A DNA stretch of 64,000 bases from the IMG/VR virus record IMGVR_UViG_3300030376_000575, positions 1,058 to 65,057 of that record, one strand, 5' to 3'. This DNA comes from a virus. Taxonomy: Duplodnaviria > Caudoviricetes. This document shows, piece by piece, positions 8,640 to 17,109 of the stretch. The notes beneath the pieces were generated by a model. It worked only from the letters and a program-made list of their open reading frames with translations, did not search any database and was not told the origin of the DNA. Positions within the stretch are counted from its first letter, which is position 1; each line of letters opens with the position of its first letter. The translations under genes and the position numbers were made by a program.

Positions 8640-9399
8640 TTGCGCATCTAGGAACGTATTAGAGGGAGCAGGTGTTCCTAATATTGTTATACAGAGTTCT
8701 TCTATATTGTCCCTACAGTCAGAAGAACTTAAAAATTTATCTAAAGCTAAACGAAAACCAATAATAGCTATTTATCCTAATAGTTTCAAAGACCACACGG
8801 GACAACGACAAAGCAATGGAGAGTTTGCTTTATTTAGTACAGCTATCACACAAGCTCCAGAAGCATACTTAATCAGGACTTTAAAGCACGCTGCAGGCGG
8901 TGAATTTTTTAAAGTAGTAGAGAGGGTAGGGTTGGAAAGTTTAACTAAAGAAAGACAAATAATACGTTCTACTCGTGATAGTTTTGAAGAAGATAGTGAT
9001 GTAAAACCTTTACTTTTTGCTGGACTTTTAGTACAAGGAGGAGTTTTGAGTTATGATACTAATATAAAGAGTGGTGGATTAGGTGCTAGATATCTTGGAA
9101 TAGGAGCCAGTAAAGAGTACAGAGAGGATTTAATTACAATTAGTTTGAGGTTAGTTTCTGTTTCTACTGGTGAAGTTCTTATTGAAGTTTTAGTTTCTAA
9201 AAGTATTATTTCTGTTGGTTTGTCTCAAGATCTTTTTAGATTTATAGATCAAGGGAGTAAACTGATAGAAGTAGAAGGTGGTGTCGCAGCGAACGAAAGC
9301 ACATCAATAGCTTTGCAAAAAGCGATAGAAGAAGGAGTATTAGAAATAATTAAAGTAGGTATAAACAAGGGGTATTGGGAATATGAAAAAACTAATTAG
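8584..9399 (+). CDS. csgG: Curli secretion channel CsgG-like outer-membrane lipoprotein
   Basis: Lipobox LLSSC; F.DHTGQRQ, FSTAITQ, FKVVERVGLESLTKERQIIR, GGVLSYDTN, GGLGARYLGIG and LRLVSVSTGEVL motifs. ATG at 8584 preferred. Confidence 0.9.
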   Translation: MKKAVQLTSLFLLAILLSSCASRNVLEGAGVPNIVIQSSSILSLQSEELKNLSKAKRKPIIAIYPNSFKDHTGQRQSNGEFALFSTAITQAPEAYLIRTLKHAAGGEFFKVVERVGLESLTKERQIIRSTRDSFEEDSDVKPLLFAGLLVQGGVLSYDTNIKSGGLGARYLGIGASKEYREDLITISLRLVSVSTGEVLIEVLVSKSIISVGLSQDLFRFIDQGSKLIEVEGGVAANESTSIALQKAIEEGVLEIIKVGINKGYWEYEKTN

Positions 9400-10087
9400 T
9401 TTAACACTGATTTGTTGTGTTGCCTTAGCAGACGATAATGAGATCTATGTAGATCAAGTTGGAGCTACTGCTAATATAGATTTAGAACAACTAGGTTCTG
9501 GAAACATTATAGGTGGATTATTATCTGCTCATGGTTCTATGACTAACTTTGATCTAGACGGCACAACTATGACGTTAGATGTGAATCAAATAGGTAATAA
9601 TAACAAGATGTTAGGTGATATAAACGCAGACTCATTCACAGGGTTGTTTGATTTTGATGGGGATACTAACTCGTATACTATTCAAGTTGATCCTGGAAAC
9701 GCTAATTCGGCAGACAATGCTAATGTGAATGTTAATGTAGATGGGTCAACAAACACTATGACGTTAGACTTAGCTACTAATAGTTTATCTAGTGGGGCAG
9801 ATATAGATACTATAGTACAGGGAAATAGTAATACTGTTCATATTGATTTAGACGTAGATTCAGCTACAAACTATATCGATCTTGACGGTGACAGTAACGC
9901 AGTAGATTATAATGGAGACGGATATGCAGGAGCATATTTTAAAATTGAGCATGACGGTTCAACAAGGACTTTTGACATTGACCAACAGTCTACTCAAGAC
10001 AACGATTGGCTTCGTGTTATTTCTAATGGTTCTGGTGGCACTTATTGCATACAGCAAAACGATCAAGGCACAAGTACCTCTTGCTGA
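9383..10087 (+). CDS. Secreted curlin-like (CsgA/CsgB-like) beta-solenoid protein
   Basis: Sec signal MKKLISLTLICCVALA. Rich in N/D/G/Q with repeated Q-x-G-x-x-N units (DQVGATAN, EQLGSGN, NQIGNNN, VQGNSN). Directly after csgG. Confidence 0.6.
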   Translation: MKKLISLTLICCVALADDNEIYVDQVGATANIDLEQLGSGNIIGGLLSAHGSMTNFDLDGTTMTLDVNQIGNNNKMLGDINADSFTGLFDFDGDTNSYTIQVDPGNANSADNANVNVNVDGSTNTMTLDLATNSLSSGADIDTIVQGNSNTVHIDLDVDSATNYIDLDGDSNAVDYNGDGYAGAYFKIEHDGSTRTFDIDQQSTQDNDWLRVISNGSGGTYCIQQNDQGTSTSC

Positions 10088-11108
10088 AAGTATAGGAAGT
10101 ATAACCGAGCTTAAAGGCACTACTAGAGTAGTGAGAGATAAACCGTATGAAAGTGAGATTGATTTCCCACTAAACTCTATGGATAAATTAGAGACAGCTA
10201 TCGGTCGTATGGGTGTTACGTTCAGAGACGAAACGACTATACGTCTTACAGAACACAGTAATGTTATTATTGACAAGTTTGTATTTGATCCTGACCCCAG
10301 CAAATCTAGTATGGCTCTTAATTTTATTAAAGGCACAGGTCGATTCATAAGTAGTAAAAAACCTCGTATACCAAAAGATAACATCAGTATTAAAACTAAT
10401 TCTGCCACGATAGGAATTAGAGGCACAGACTTCACACTCACAGTAAAAGAGACTGGGGAAACTCTTGTCATATTACTACCAGACGAAAATGGTGATGCTA
10501 GTGGTGAAATCACTGTAAATACTGCACTAGGTCAAGTGGTGTTAAATAAACCTTATGAAGCAACAACTGTGTATAATTTTGAAACTTCGCCTACACCAGC
10601 TGTTATTTTAGATCTGACTTTAGATATGATTGATAACTCTTTGATTGTTAATCCACCAAAAAGCGTACAAGAACAAACAGATGAATCTGCTTCTGTAGCA
10701 GATAACTTACTTGACGTTGATTTTTTAGAGTTTGATGAATTAGATCAAGACGAACTAGAACAAGATGATTTAGAATACACAGAACTTGATATAGATTACC
10801 TCGCAGGTAACTTCCTTGAAGATTTATTAGATGTAATTCAAGAAGTCGATGAACTTAGTAAAGCTGAAAAGTCTTTATCTGCTAGTGGGGTTAAAGGAAC
10901 AGCAGTAGGTTATGATAGCGATACTCAAATAAGTACATTCGTAAGTGATGCAGAAGTTAAATTCATAAGACAGATAGAAGATAGCTTACAAATGCAAATA
11001 TCAAAAGACGGTTCGTACAGTATAAGAATAGAACAAGAAGGGAAAGTTAATCAAGTTTCTGTCAACGGTGGCAGTTCATCGAACATCAATATTAAACAAG
11101 GTAGTTAA
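10026..11108 (+). CDS. FecR-domain periplasmic protein
   Basis: LETAIGRMGVTFRDETTIRLTEHSNVIID, IKGTGRFIS and TNSATIGIRGTDF FecR-type motifs. Acidic linker. ATG at 10026 preferred. Confidence 0.8.
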   Translation: MVLVALIAYSKTIKAQVPLAESIGSITELKGTTRVVRDKPYESEIDFPLNSMDKLETAIGRMGVTFRDETTIRLTEHSNVIIDKFVFDPDPSKSSMALNFIKGTGRFISSKKPRIPKDNISIKTNSATIGIRGTDFTLTVKETGETLVILLPDENGDASGEITVNTALGQVVLNKPYEATTVYNFETSPTPAVILDLTLDMIDNSLIVNPPKSVQEQTDESASVADNLLDVDFLEFDELDQDELEQDDLEYTELDIDYLAGNFLEDLLDVIQEVDELSKAEKSLSASGVKGTAVGYDSDTQISTFVSDAEVKFIRQIEDSLQMQISKDGSYSIRIEQEGKVNQVSVNGGSSSNINIKQGS

Positions 11109-11139
11109 AATATTGATCTATTTAGGTTAAACTAGAAAC

Positions 11140-11562
11140 ATGGGTATACAAACAAACATAATACTGGGTGGTTTATTATTAGCGAGTTTGGGTGGAAGTG
11201 TTATGTATATCAATATGCAGAACTCAAAAATAGATAAACTTAACATAGAGTTAAGCGTAGCGATTACTAATCAAGAAGTGTTAAAAGCCTCAGTAGAAAA
11301 AAGTAATAAAGAGCTACAAGATCAATTAGATAGAGAAAAGATAAGTCAGGAAAAAATAGCAGAATTAACAAAAGTGAGTAATGAAGCTCGTAAAGAAGTA
11401 AGTAAATTGAGAAACACATTCGCTAGACATGATCTAAATAGTCTAGCCATAGCAAAAGGTAATTTAGTAGAAAATATTATTAATAAAGGCACAGCTAGGG
11501 TGAATAAAGAATTAGTAGACCTAACTAATCCGAGGCAGTTTGATGAAAGTATTACTAATTAG
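11140..11562 (+). CDS. Inner-membrane spanin (Rz-like) candidate
   Basis: N-terminal TM segment (IILGGLLLASLGGSVMYI) followed by a long coiled coil; upstream of a lipoprotein and the endolysin. Confidence 0.6.
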   Translation: MGIQTNIILGGLLLASLGGSVMYINMQNSKIDKLNIELSVAITNQEVLKASVEKSNKELQDQLDREKISQEKIAELTKVSNEARKEVSKLRNTFARHDLNSLAIAKGNLVENIINKGTARVNKELVDLTNPRQFDESITN

Positions 11563-11935
11563 TTTTATATTATTGACAACTGGGTGTTCTAGCGTATTAT
11601 CTAAGCCACCTAAAGTTGACCCAGTAGAAATCATTACAGTACAAAAACCTGCACCGATGTATCACCCACCGTTACCAGAAGCGGTTTCTCCCGCTGTAGT
11701 TAAATGGAAAATATTAAACCCAGAAACAATGCGAGAGTATATGACGAACTACGAAAAAGGAGATGCTCCTGCTGTAGCTTACTATTCACTGACTACACAA
11801 GGCTATGAAAACCTTTCTAATAACATAGCCGATGTAAAACGGTACATACGACAAAATTTAGCTATAATAGAATACTATAGAGATAATGATCCAACGGTAG
11901 AGGATGATCAAGATGGACAAACAGAAACTAATTGA
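11540..11935 (+). CDS. Outer-membrane lipoprotein spanin (Rz1-like) candidate
   Basis: Lipobox LTTGC and proline-rich PPKVDP...PAPMYHPPLP. Overlaps the 3' end of the i-spanin candidate. Confidence 0.6.
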   Translation: MMKVLLISFILLTTGCSSVLSKPPKVDPVEIITVQKPAPMYHPPLPEAVSPAVVKWKILNPETMREYMTNYEKGDAPAVAYYSLTTQGYENLSNNIADVKRYIRQNLAIIEYYRDNDPTVEDDQDGQTETN

Positions 11936-12323
11936 AGAATTAAAAAGAGATGAAGGGGTTAGATTTAAACCATATCATTGTTCTGCAGATAAACTAACTA
12001 TCGGTGTAGGAAGAAACTTAGATGACGTAGGTATAAGTGAAGCCGAGTCTGATTTTTTATTAGCTAATGATATAGATAATTGTGTGTCTGAATTAAAAAG
12101 AACTTTTAACTGGTACGAAGGTTTATCTAATGTTCGTCAAAGAGTTATGATTAATATGTGTTTTAATTTAGGGCTTAGTAGGTTAATGAATTTTAAAAAC
12201 TTTCTAGGTGCGGTTGAGTCAAAAGATTACACTAAAGCAGGTGTTGAGATGTTAGATTCAAAATGGGCTAGACAAGTTGGACCCAGAGCAACTAGATTAA
12301 AAGATATGATGGTAGAGGGGTAA
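11913..12323 (+). CDS. Endolysin, phage lysozyme (GH24-like)
   Basis: LKRDEGVRFKPYHCSADKLTIGVGRNL catalytic region; INMCFNLG and MLDSKWARQVGPRA motifs. Confidence 0.9.
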   Translation: MDKQKLIEELKRDEGVRFKPYHCSADKLTIGVGRNLDDVGISEAESDFLLANDIDNCVSELKRTFNWYEGLSNVRQRVMINMCFNLGLSRLMNFKNFLGAVESKDYTKAGVEMLDSKWARQVGPRATRLKDMMVEG

Positions 12324-12324
12324 A

Positions 12325-14187
12325 ATGCCTTTAAGTAAATTTATATTTCGTCCAGGAATAAATAGAGAAGGAACTGACTACGATAACGAAGGAGGTTGGT
12401 TTGATGTTAATCTTGTTCGTTTTAAAAATGGCAGACCTCAAAAAATAGGAGGCTGGGCTAAAAACACACTACAGACATTCTTAGGCAAAGCTAGAGCGTT
12501 ACATGCTTGGGTTGCTTTATCTGGAACTAAATTTTTAGGATTAGGAACAACTTTAAAATACTATATTAAAGAAGGTGATAACTTTAATGATATCACCCCT
12601 ATAAGAAAAACTTCCACTAACAGTATTACATTTTCTGCTACTAATGGCAGTTCTACTATCACAGCTACTGATTCTTCGCACGGAGCTGTAGCAAATGATT
12701 TCGTCACTATTTCTGGGGCTGTCAGTCTTGGGGGTGTGGTTACTGCTGCGGTTTTAAACCAAGAATATCAAATAGTTTCTGTCCCTAGTACAAATACATA
12801 TACTTTTGTGGCTAAAGATACTGACGGTGCTGCAGTCACAGCTAACAGTAGTGATAGCGGTAACGGTGGTTCTGGTGTTGATGGCAGTTATCAAATTAAC
12901 GTAGGTCTAGATACATATATTCAAAGTACAGGTTGGGGTGTCGGTACTTGGGGTGCCAGCACGTTTGGTAGCTCTAGTGCTGTTTCTGCAAACAATCAAT
13001 TAAGGTTATGGACACATGATAATTTTGGAGAAGATTTAATTTTGAATCCAAGAGGTGGAGGTATATACAGATGGGTGGAAAATAACGGAATATCAACGAG
13101 AGCTGATGAACTTGCTACTACTTCTGGAGCGGTTAATGTCCCAACACTAGGATTACAAGTTATTACATCTGAAAAAGACAGACATTTAATTGTACTAGGT
13201 GCAGATCCTATGGACGGTAGTTCTCGCAGCGGTGCTATAGATCCTATGTTGATAGCTTTTAGTGATCAAGAAAATCCTTTAGATTTTGAAGCACTGTCTA
13301 CTAACACTGCTGGCAGTTTACGTTTAGATTCCGGTAGCTCTATTATCGGAGCAGTGAAATCTAGGCAAGAGTTATTAATATGGACAGACACAGCTCTATA
13401 CAGTATGCAATTTATTGGACCACCGTTTACTTTTGGCATAAATCTTATTAATGAAAACACAGGTTTAATGGCTCCGAAAGCAGCAGTTACTGCTCCTACT
13501 GGGGTGTTTTGGATGGGTTATGATAATTTTTACACATATACTGGTGCGGTAAAAAAAGTGCCGTGCACAGTTTTAAGTTACGTTTTTGATGATTTTAACT
13601 CAGGTCAAGGATTTAAAACTTTTGGTTTTACTAACACTAAATTTGACGAAGTAGGTTGGTTTTATTGTTCTTCAAGCAGTGAAGAGATAGATAGATACGT
13701 GACCTATAACTATGCTGAAAACGTGTGGACTTATGGTCAATTAGTGAGACATGCTTGGATTGACTCTGGTGTATCAAGTTCTCCTAGAGCTACGACGGAC
13801 AATTATCTCTACACCCATGAATCAGGTTTTGATGCTGATGGTAGCCCTATGACTAATGTGTTTATAGAATCTAGCGATTTTGATATAGCAGACGGAGAAC
13901 AATATGCATTCATATCAAAAATGATTCCAGACTTTAAGTTTTTAGCGAATAGTTCTGGTGGAACAGTTAATTTAGTTTTAAAAACTCGTAATTTTCCAGG
14001 AGATTCCCTCACTACATCAAACACCTCTTCTGTATCGAGTGATACGCAACAGACACACATAAGAGCTAGAGGTAGACAGGCTGTTTTACGTGTAGAATCT
14101 GACGATGATAATGTAAACGGTAATACAGCTACAGGATGGAGACTAGGTGCTACTCGAATGGAAGTTAGACCAGATGGTAGAAGATGA
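12325..14187 (+). CDS. Tail nozzle / packaged-DNA stabilisation protein (P22 gp10-like)
   Basis: 620 aa. RPGINREGTDY..EGGW, DNFGEDL, LIAFSDQENP, FIGPPFTF and WRLGATRMEVRPDGRR motifs. Confidence 0.75.
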   Translation: MPLSKFIFRPGINREGTDYDNEGGWFDVNLVRFKNGRPQKIGGWAKNTLQTFLGKARALHAWVALSGTKFLGLGTTLKYYIKEGDNFNDITPIRKTSTNSITFSATNGSSTITATDSSHGAVANDFVTISGAVSLGGVVTAAVLNQEYQIVSVPSTNTYTFVAKDTDGAAVTANSSDSGNGGSGVDGSYQINVGLDTYIQSTGWGVGTWGASTFGSSSAVSANNQLRLWTHDNFGEDLILNPRGGGIYRWVENNGISTRADELATTSGAVNVPTLGLQVITSEKDRHLIVLGADPMDGSSRSGAIDPMLIAFSDQENPLDFEALSTNTAGSLRLDSGSSIIGAVKSRQELLIWTDTALYSMQFIGPPFTFGINLINENTGLMAPKAAVTAPTGVFWMGYDNFYTYTGAVKKVPCTVLSYVFDDFNSGQGFKTFGFTNTKFDEVGWFYCSSSSEEIDRYVTYNYAENVWTYGQLVRHAWIDSGVSSSPRATTDNYLYTHESGFDADGSPMTNVFIESSDFDIADGEQYAFISKMIPDFKFLANSSGGTVNLVLKTRNFPGDSLTTSNTSSVSSDTQQTHIRARGRQAVLRVESDDDNVNGNTATGWRLGATRMEVRPDGRR

Positions 14188-14513
14188 GCAAATTATTACA
14201 AACCAGACTTCCCATAGAAATGGAAGAAAGTGTCAGTGGATCAACATACAATCGATTAGTTAGGATATTAGAAATAAATTTAGGAGAGTTTGATCCTGAT
14301 AATATAAGGCAAATAAACACAACAGAAAGGGATAAACTAAAATTCAATGAAGGCAGTATAGTATGGAACACGGACATTGGTGCTTTACAGGTTTATGAAG
14401 GATTATACTGGCAAAATATTTCAACACCTACAACACCTAGTGGTTTTGAAGCAGTAGCTAGTGTAGGGAAGGTTACATTAAAGTTAGGCGGTTCAACAAC
14501 AATAAACGTATAG
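14184..14513 (+). CDS. Virion structural protein (hypothetical)
   Basis: 109-aa ORF overlapping the nozzle gene stop. Confidence 0.55.
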   Translation: MSKLLQTRLPIEMEESVSGSTYNRLVRILEINLGEFDPDNIRQINTTERDKLKFNEGSIVWNTDIGALQVYEGLYWQNISTPTTPSGFEAVASVGKVTLKLGGSTTINV

Positions 14514-14521
14514 AGGAAGAT

Positions 14522-14695
14522 ATGAAGATAAAAGGTGTAAAAGTAGATAAACTTAACAAAAGACAACAAACAGCTTTGAAAAAACACGCAAAGCACCATA
14601 CTAAAAAACACGTCAGTAACATGGTAACAGCAATGAATAAAGGTGTCACCTTCACACAATCCCATAAAGACGCTATGAAGAAAGTTGGTGTTTAG
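14522..14695 (+). CDS. Small basic His/Lys-rich protein (57 aa, absent from ORF track)
   Basis: MKIKGVKVDKLNKRQQTALKKHAKHHTKKHVSNMVTAMNKGVTFTQSHKDAMKKVGV, preceded by SD-like GAGG. Confidence 0.7.
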   Translation: MKIKGVKVDKLNKRQQTALKKHAKHHTKKHVSNMVTAMNKGVTFTQSHKDAMKKVGV

Positions 14696-14732
14696 AATAT
14701 ACAATCGAATTAAAAAGAGGTAAACTATTTAC

Positions 14733-15923
14733 ATGAGTTTACAAGGCATAGAAAGTATTGCGATACACGGCAGATTTGGAGACACTATGGTTGGTCATCT
14801 TTCTGCTGGTGAAATGGTTTTACCCAGACCAATAGCAACTGACCCAGTATTAAAAAGAGCTTTGTTCGATGCTTTTCAAAGGCATGAAACTGATCCTAAT
14901 AGATATACCGTAGGTCATTATGATAACTCTATAAACCCGATAACTGGAGCACCTGAGTTTGGGTGGCTCAGTGATACCCTTAAAAAGATAGCACCGACAG
15001 TAGGTCGTGTTATAGGCTTCGCTGTCGGTGGACCAGCAGGTGCTGCGATAGGTGGTGGGATAGGTACTGCTGCTGCGGGTGGTAATAGAAAAGATATACT
15101 TCAATCTACAGCAGTTTCTTATGTTGGCGGTAGTGTTGCGCAAGGCGCAGGAATACAAGGCGGTACTTTCGGAGAAACTACTTTCAGTGAAGGTATAGGT
15201 ACACTTAATCCTTTCGGTGAAGAATTTATGTTTGCTAAAGGCAATATAGCTGGACCAACTCCTGGCAGTGGATCAGGTATCGGTAGTATATTTCAAGATA
15301 TAGGCGCATCAGGGCGAGCAGCACTCACAGACGCTACATTACCAGAAGGGTTTAAACTAGGTGAAAGATATAAAGAGTTAAGTGCTTTAGAAAAATTAGG
15401 TGCAGGTGCCACAGCAATGACAGCTATGGGTGCATTTAACCCAGACGAAACTAGAGGTACGATGCCTGCTCCTAGCGGTGCGTTAGGTGGCTATTTACAA
15501 AACCCTTTAACACCAGCGATAACACCGTCTCAATACCAAGTTACAGGTTCTTCTACTCCTAGTTTTCAATCAGCTAACAGGACACTACCAACACAAGCCA
15601 TAGCTTCTCTTGATCCAGCAGTAGCTGAGTTTTTTAGAGAAGCAGCAGGCGAAGACGAAAATTATGTAAATTTAATGTTCCCTACGTTCAATAAAGGTGG
15701 GGATATAGATTTAAGAGAAACTGGTGGAGCTACTGTAGACCCACAAGGATCTGGGGATGAAGATACTATTGACGCTAAATTAGCAGACGGTGAGTTTGTG
15801 CTCACTAAACAGAGCGTTAAAGGTATAGGTGACGGAGACCACGACAAGGGCATAGAACGGTTATATGATTTTATGAATTTTAACGAAAATAAAGCAATGA
15901 GCATGGGGTTAGGAAGAGCATAA
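14733..15923 (+). CDS. Internal virion / ejection protein
   Basis: GRFGDTMVGHLSAGEMVLP..NPITGAPEF N-terminus, Gly/Ala-rich middle, and FNKGG...AKLADGEFVLT C-terminal domain. Confidence 0.65.
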   Translation: MSLQGIESIAIHGRFGDTMVGHLSAGEMVLPRPIATDPVLKRALFDAFQRHETDPNRYTVGHYDNSINPITGAPEFGWLSDTLKKIAPTVGRVIGFAVGGPAGAAIGGGIGTAAAGGNRKDILQSTAVSYVGGSVAQGAGIQGGTFGETTFSEGIGTLNPFGEEFMFAKGNIAGPTPGSGSGIGSIFQDIGASGRAALTDATLPEGFKLGERYKELSALEKLGAGATAMTAMGAFNPDETRGTMPAPSGALGGYLQNPLTPAITPSQYQVTGSSTPSFQSANRTLPTQAIASLDPAVAEFFREAAGEDENYVNLMFPTFNKGGDIDLRETGGATVDPQGSGDEDTIDAKLADGEFVLTKQSVKGIGDGDHDKGIERLYDFMNFNENKAMSMGLGRA

Positions 15924-17107
15924 TGGCAGTAGAAGAATCGTATCAACGAAATGAGATACTACCTCCTCAATTTTTAGCAGATTTTTTCAGTGGTGTTCCA
16001 GGACAAAACGTTCCTGGAATCATGCCTCTGTTAAATCAAGATCTGTATAATAAAATGATGGGTTTTGGGGTAGCTGGAGCTAATCCATTTACTTATCAAG
16101 GTGAAAGGATAGCTGATTTTACACCTGCACAAATAGAAGCGATGCGGTTATCAGCCGAAGGAGTCGGTGCGTATAGTCCATACATAAATAGAGCAGAAGA
16201 TATAACCGAAGGTGCATTAGCAGATGTAACTGGAGCTTATAGTACTGGCGCTGGATTATTAGATGAAGCTATCAAGCAAGGATCTGCTCCGATAGGTGCA
16301 GGTATAGATATGTTGGGTGACGCAGTAGCACTTGGGCAAGGTGCGATGCAAGGATTTACCGCAGATGATATAGCACCATTTTCTAACAGATACCAAGACC
16401 AAGTAGTAGACCAAGCACTTGATGATGTTTCAAGAAGATTAGCAGAAACTGATATATCTAATAGAGCTTTAGCAATAGGTAAAGGTGCAGGATTCGGTGA
16501 TAGAAGCGGAATACAAAGAAGTGATGCTAGGTCTGATATAGCGAGAGGTGCGATGCAGGGGATAGGCTCACTAAGAATGCAAGCTGAAGAAGCTGCAGCA
16601 AACAGAGCTCAAACTGCATTTGAATCCCAACAAGGTAGACAAGCAAACCAAGCTAGGATGATGGGTTCTGCAGCAGGAGGCATGGGTGCGCTAGGTGGTG
16701 CGCTAGGTAATCTATACGCTGGCGCAGGTAACGACGCATTTAGAATGGGAGCTCAAACTGGTCAACTAGGATCAAACTTCGGTGCTCAAATAGGTAATTT
16801 AGGTGGAGCAATGTCAGGTTTAATGGGAACTGATATAGCTAGAATGTATGGTATGGGCGGTATGCAGCAGGGAGCTAATCAAGCAGGATTAGATCTAGAC
16901 TACGGTAACTTTGTTGGAGCTTATAACTTACCGACTAATACTATTGGACAATTCGGTAACATGGCAGCAGCATACGCACCAGTACTAGGTAGTACTCAAA
17001 TGTCCTCAACTTCTGCTAGTAATCCTAGTAACCCACTTATGCAAGGAATAGGTACAGCTCTTACTGCATACGGTGCTATGCAAGGTAATCAACAACCATT
17101 GGTGTAA
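15923..17107 (+). CDS. DNA ejection protein (P22 gp7-like position and composition)
   Basis: Q/A/G/M-rich helical protein with RIADFTPAQ and PFSNRYQDQVVDQAL motifs. Confidence 0.6.
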   Translation: MAVEESYQRNEILPPQFLADFFSGVPGQNVPGIMPLLNQDLYNKMMGFGVAGANPFTYQGERIADFTPAQIEAMRLSAEGVGAYSPYINRAEDITEGALADVTGAYSTGAGLLDEAIKQGSAPIGAGIDMLGDAVALGQGAMQGFTADDIAPFSNRYQDQVVDQALDDVSRRLAETDISNRALAIGKGAGFGDRSGIQRSDARSDIARGAMQGIGSLRMQAEEAAANRAQTAFESQQGRQANQARMMGSAAGGMGALGGALGNLYAGAGNDAFRMGAQTGQLGSNFGAQIGNLGGAMSGLMGTDIARMYGMGGMQQGANQAGLDLDYGNFVGAYNLPTNTIGQFGNMAAAYAPVLGSTQMSSTSASNPSNPLMQGIGTALTAYGAMQGNQQPLV

Positions 17108-17109
17108 AT

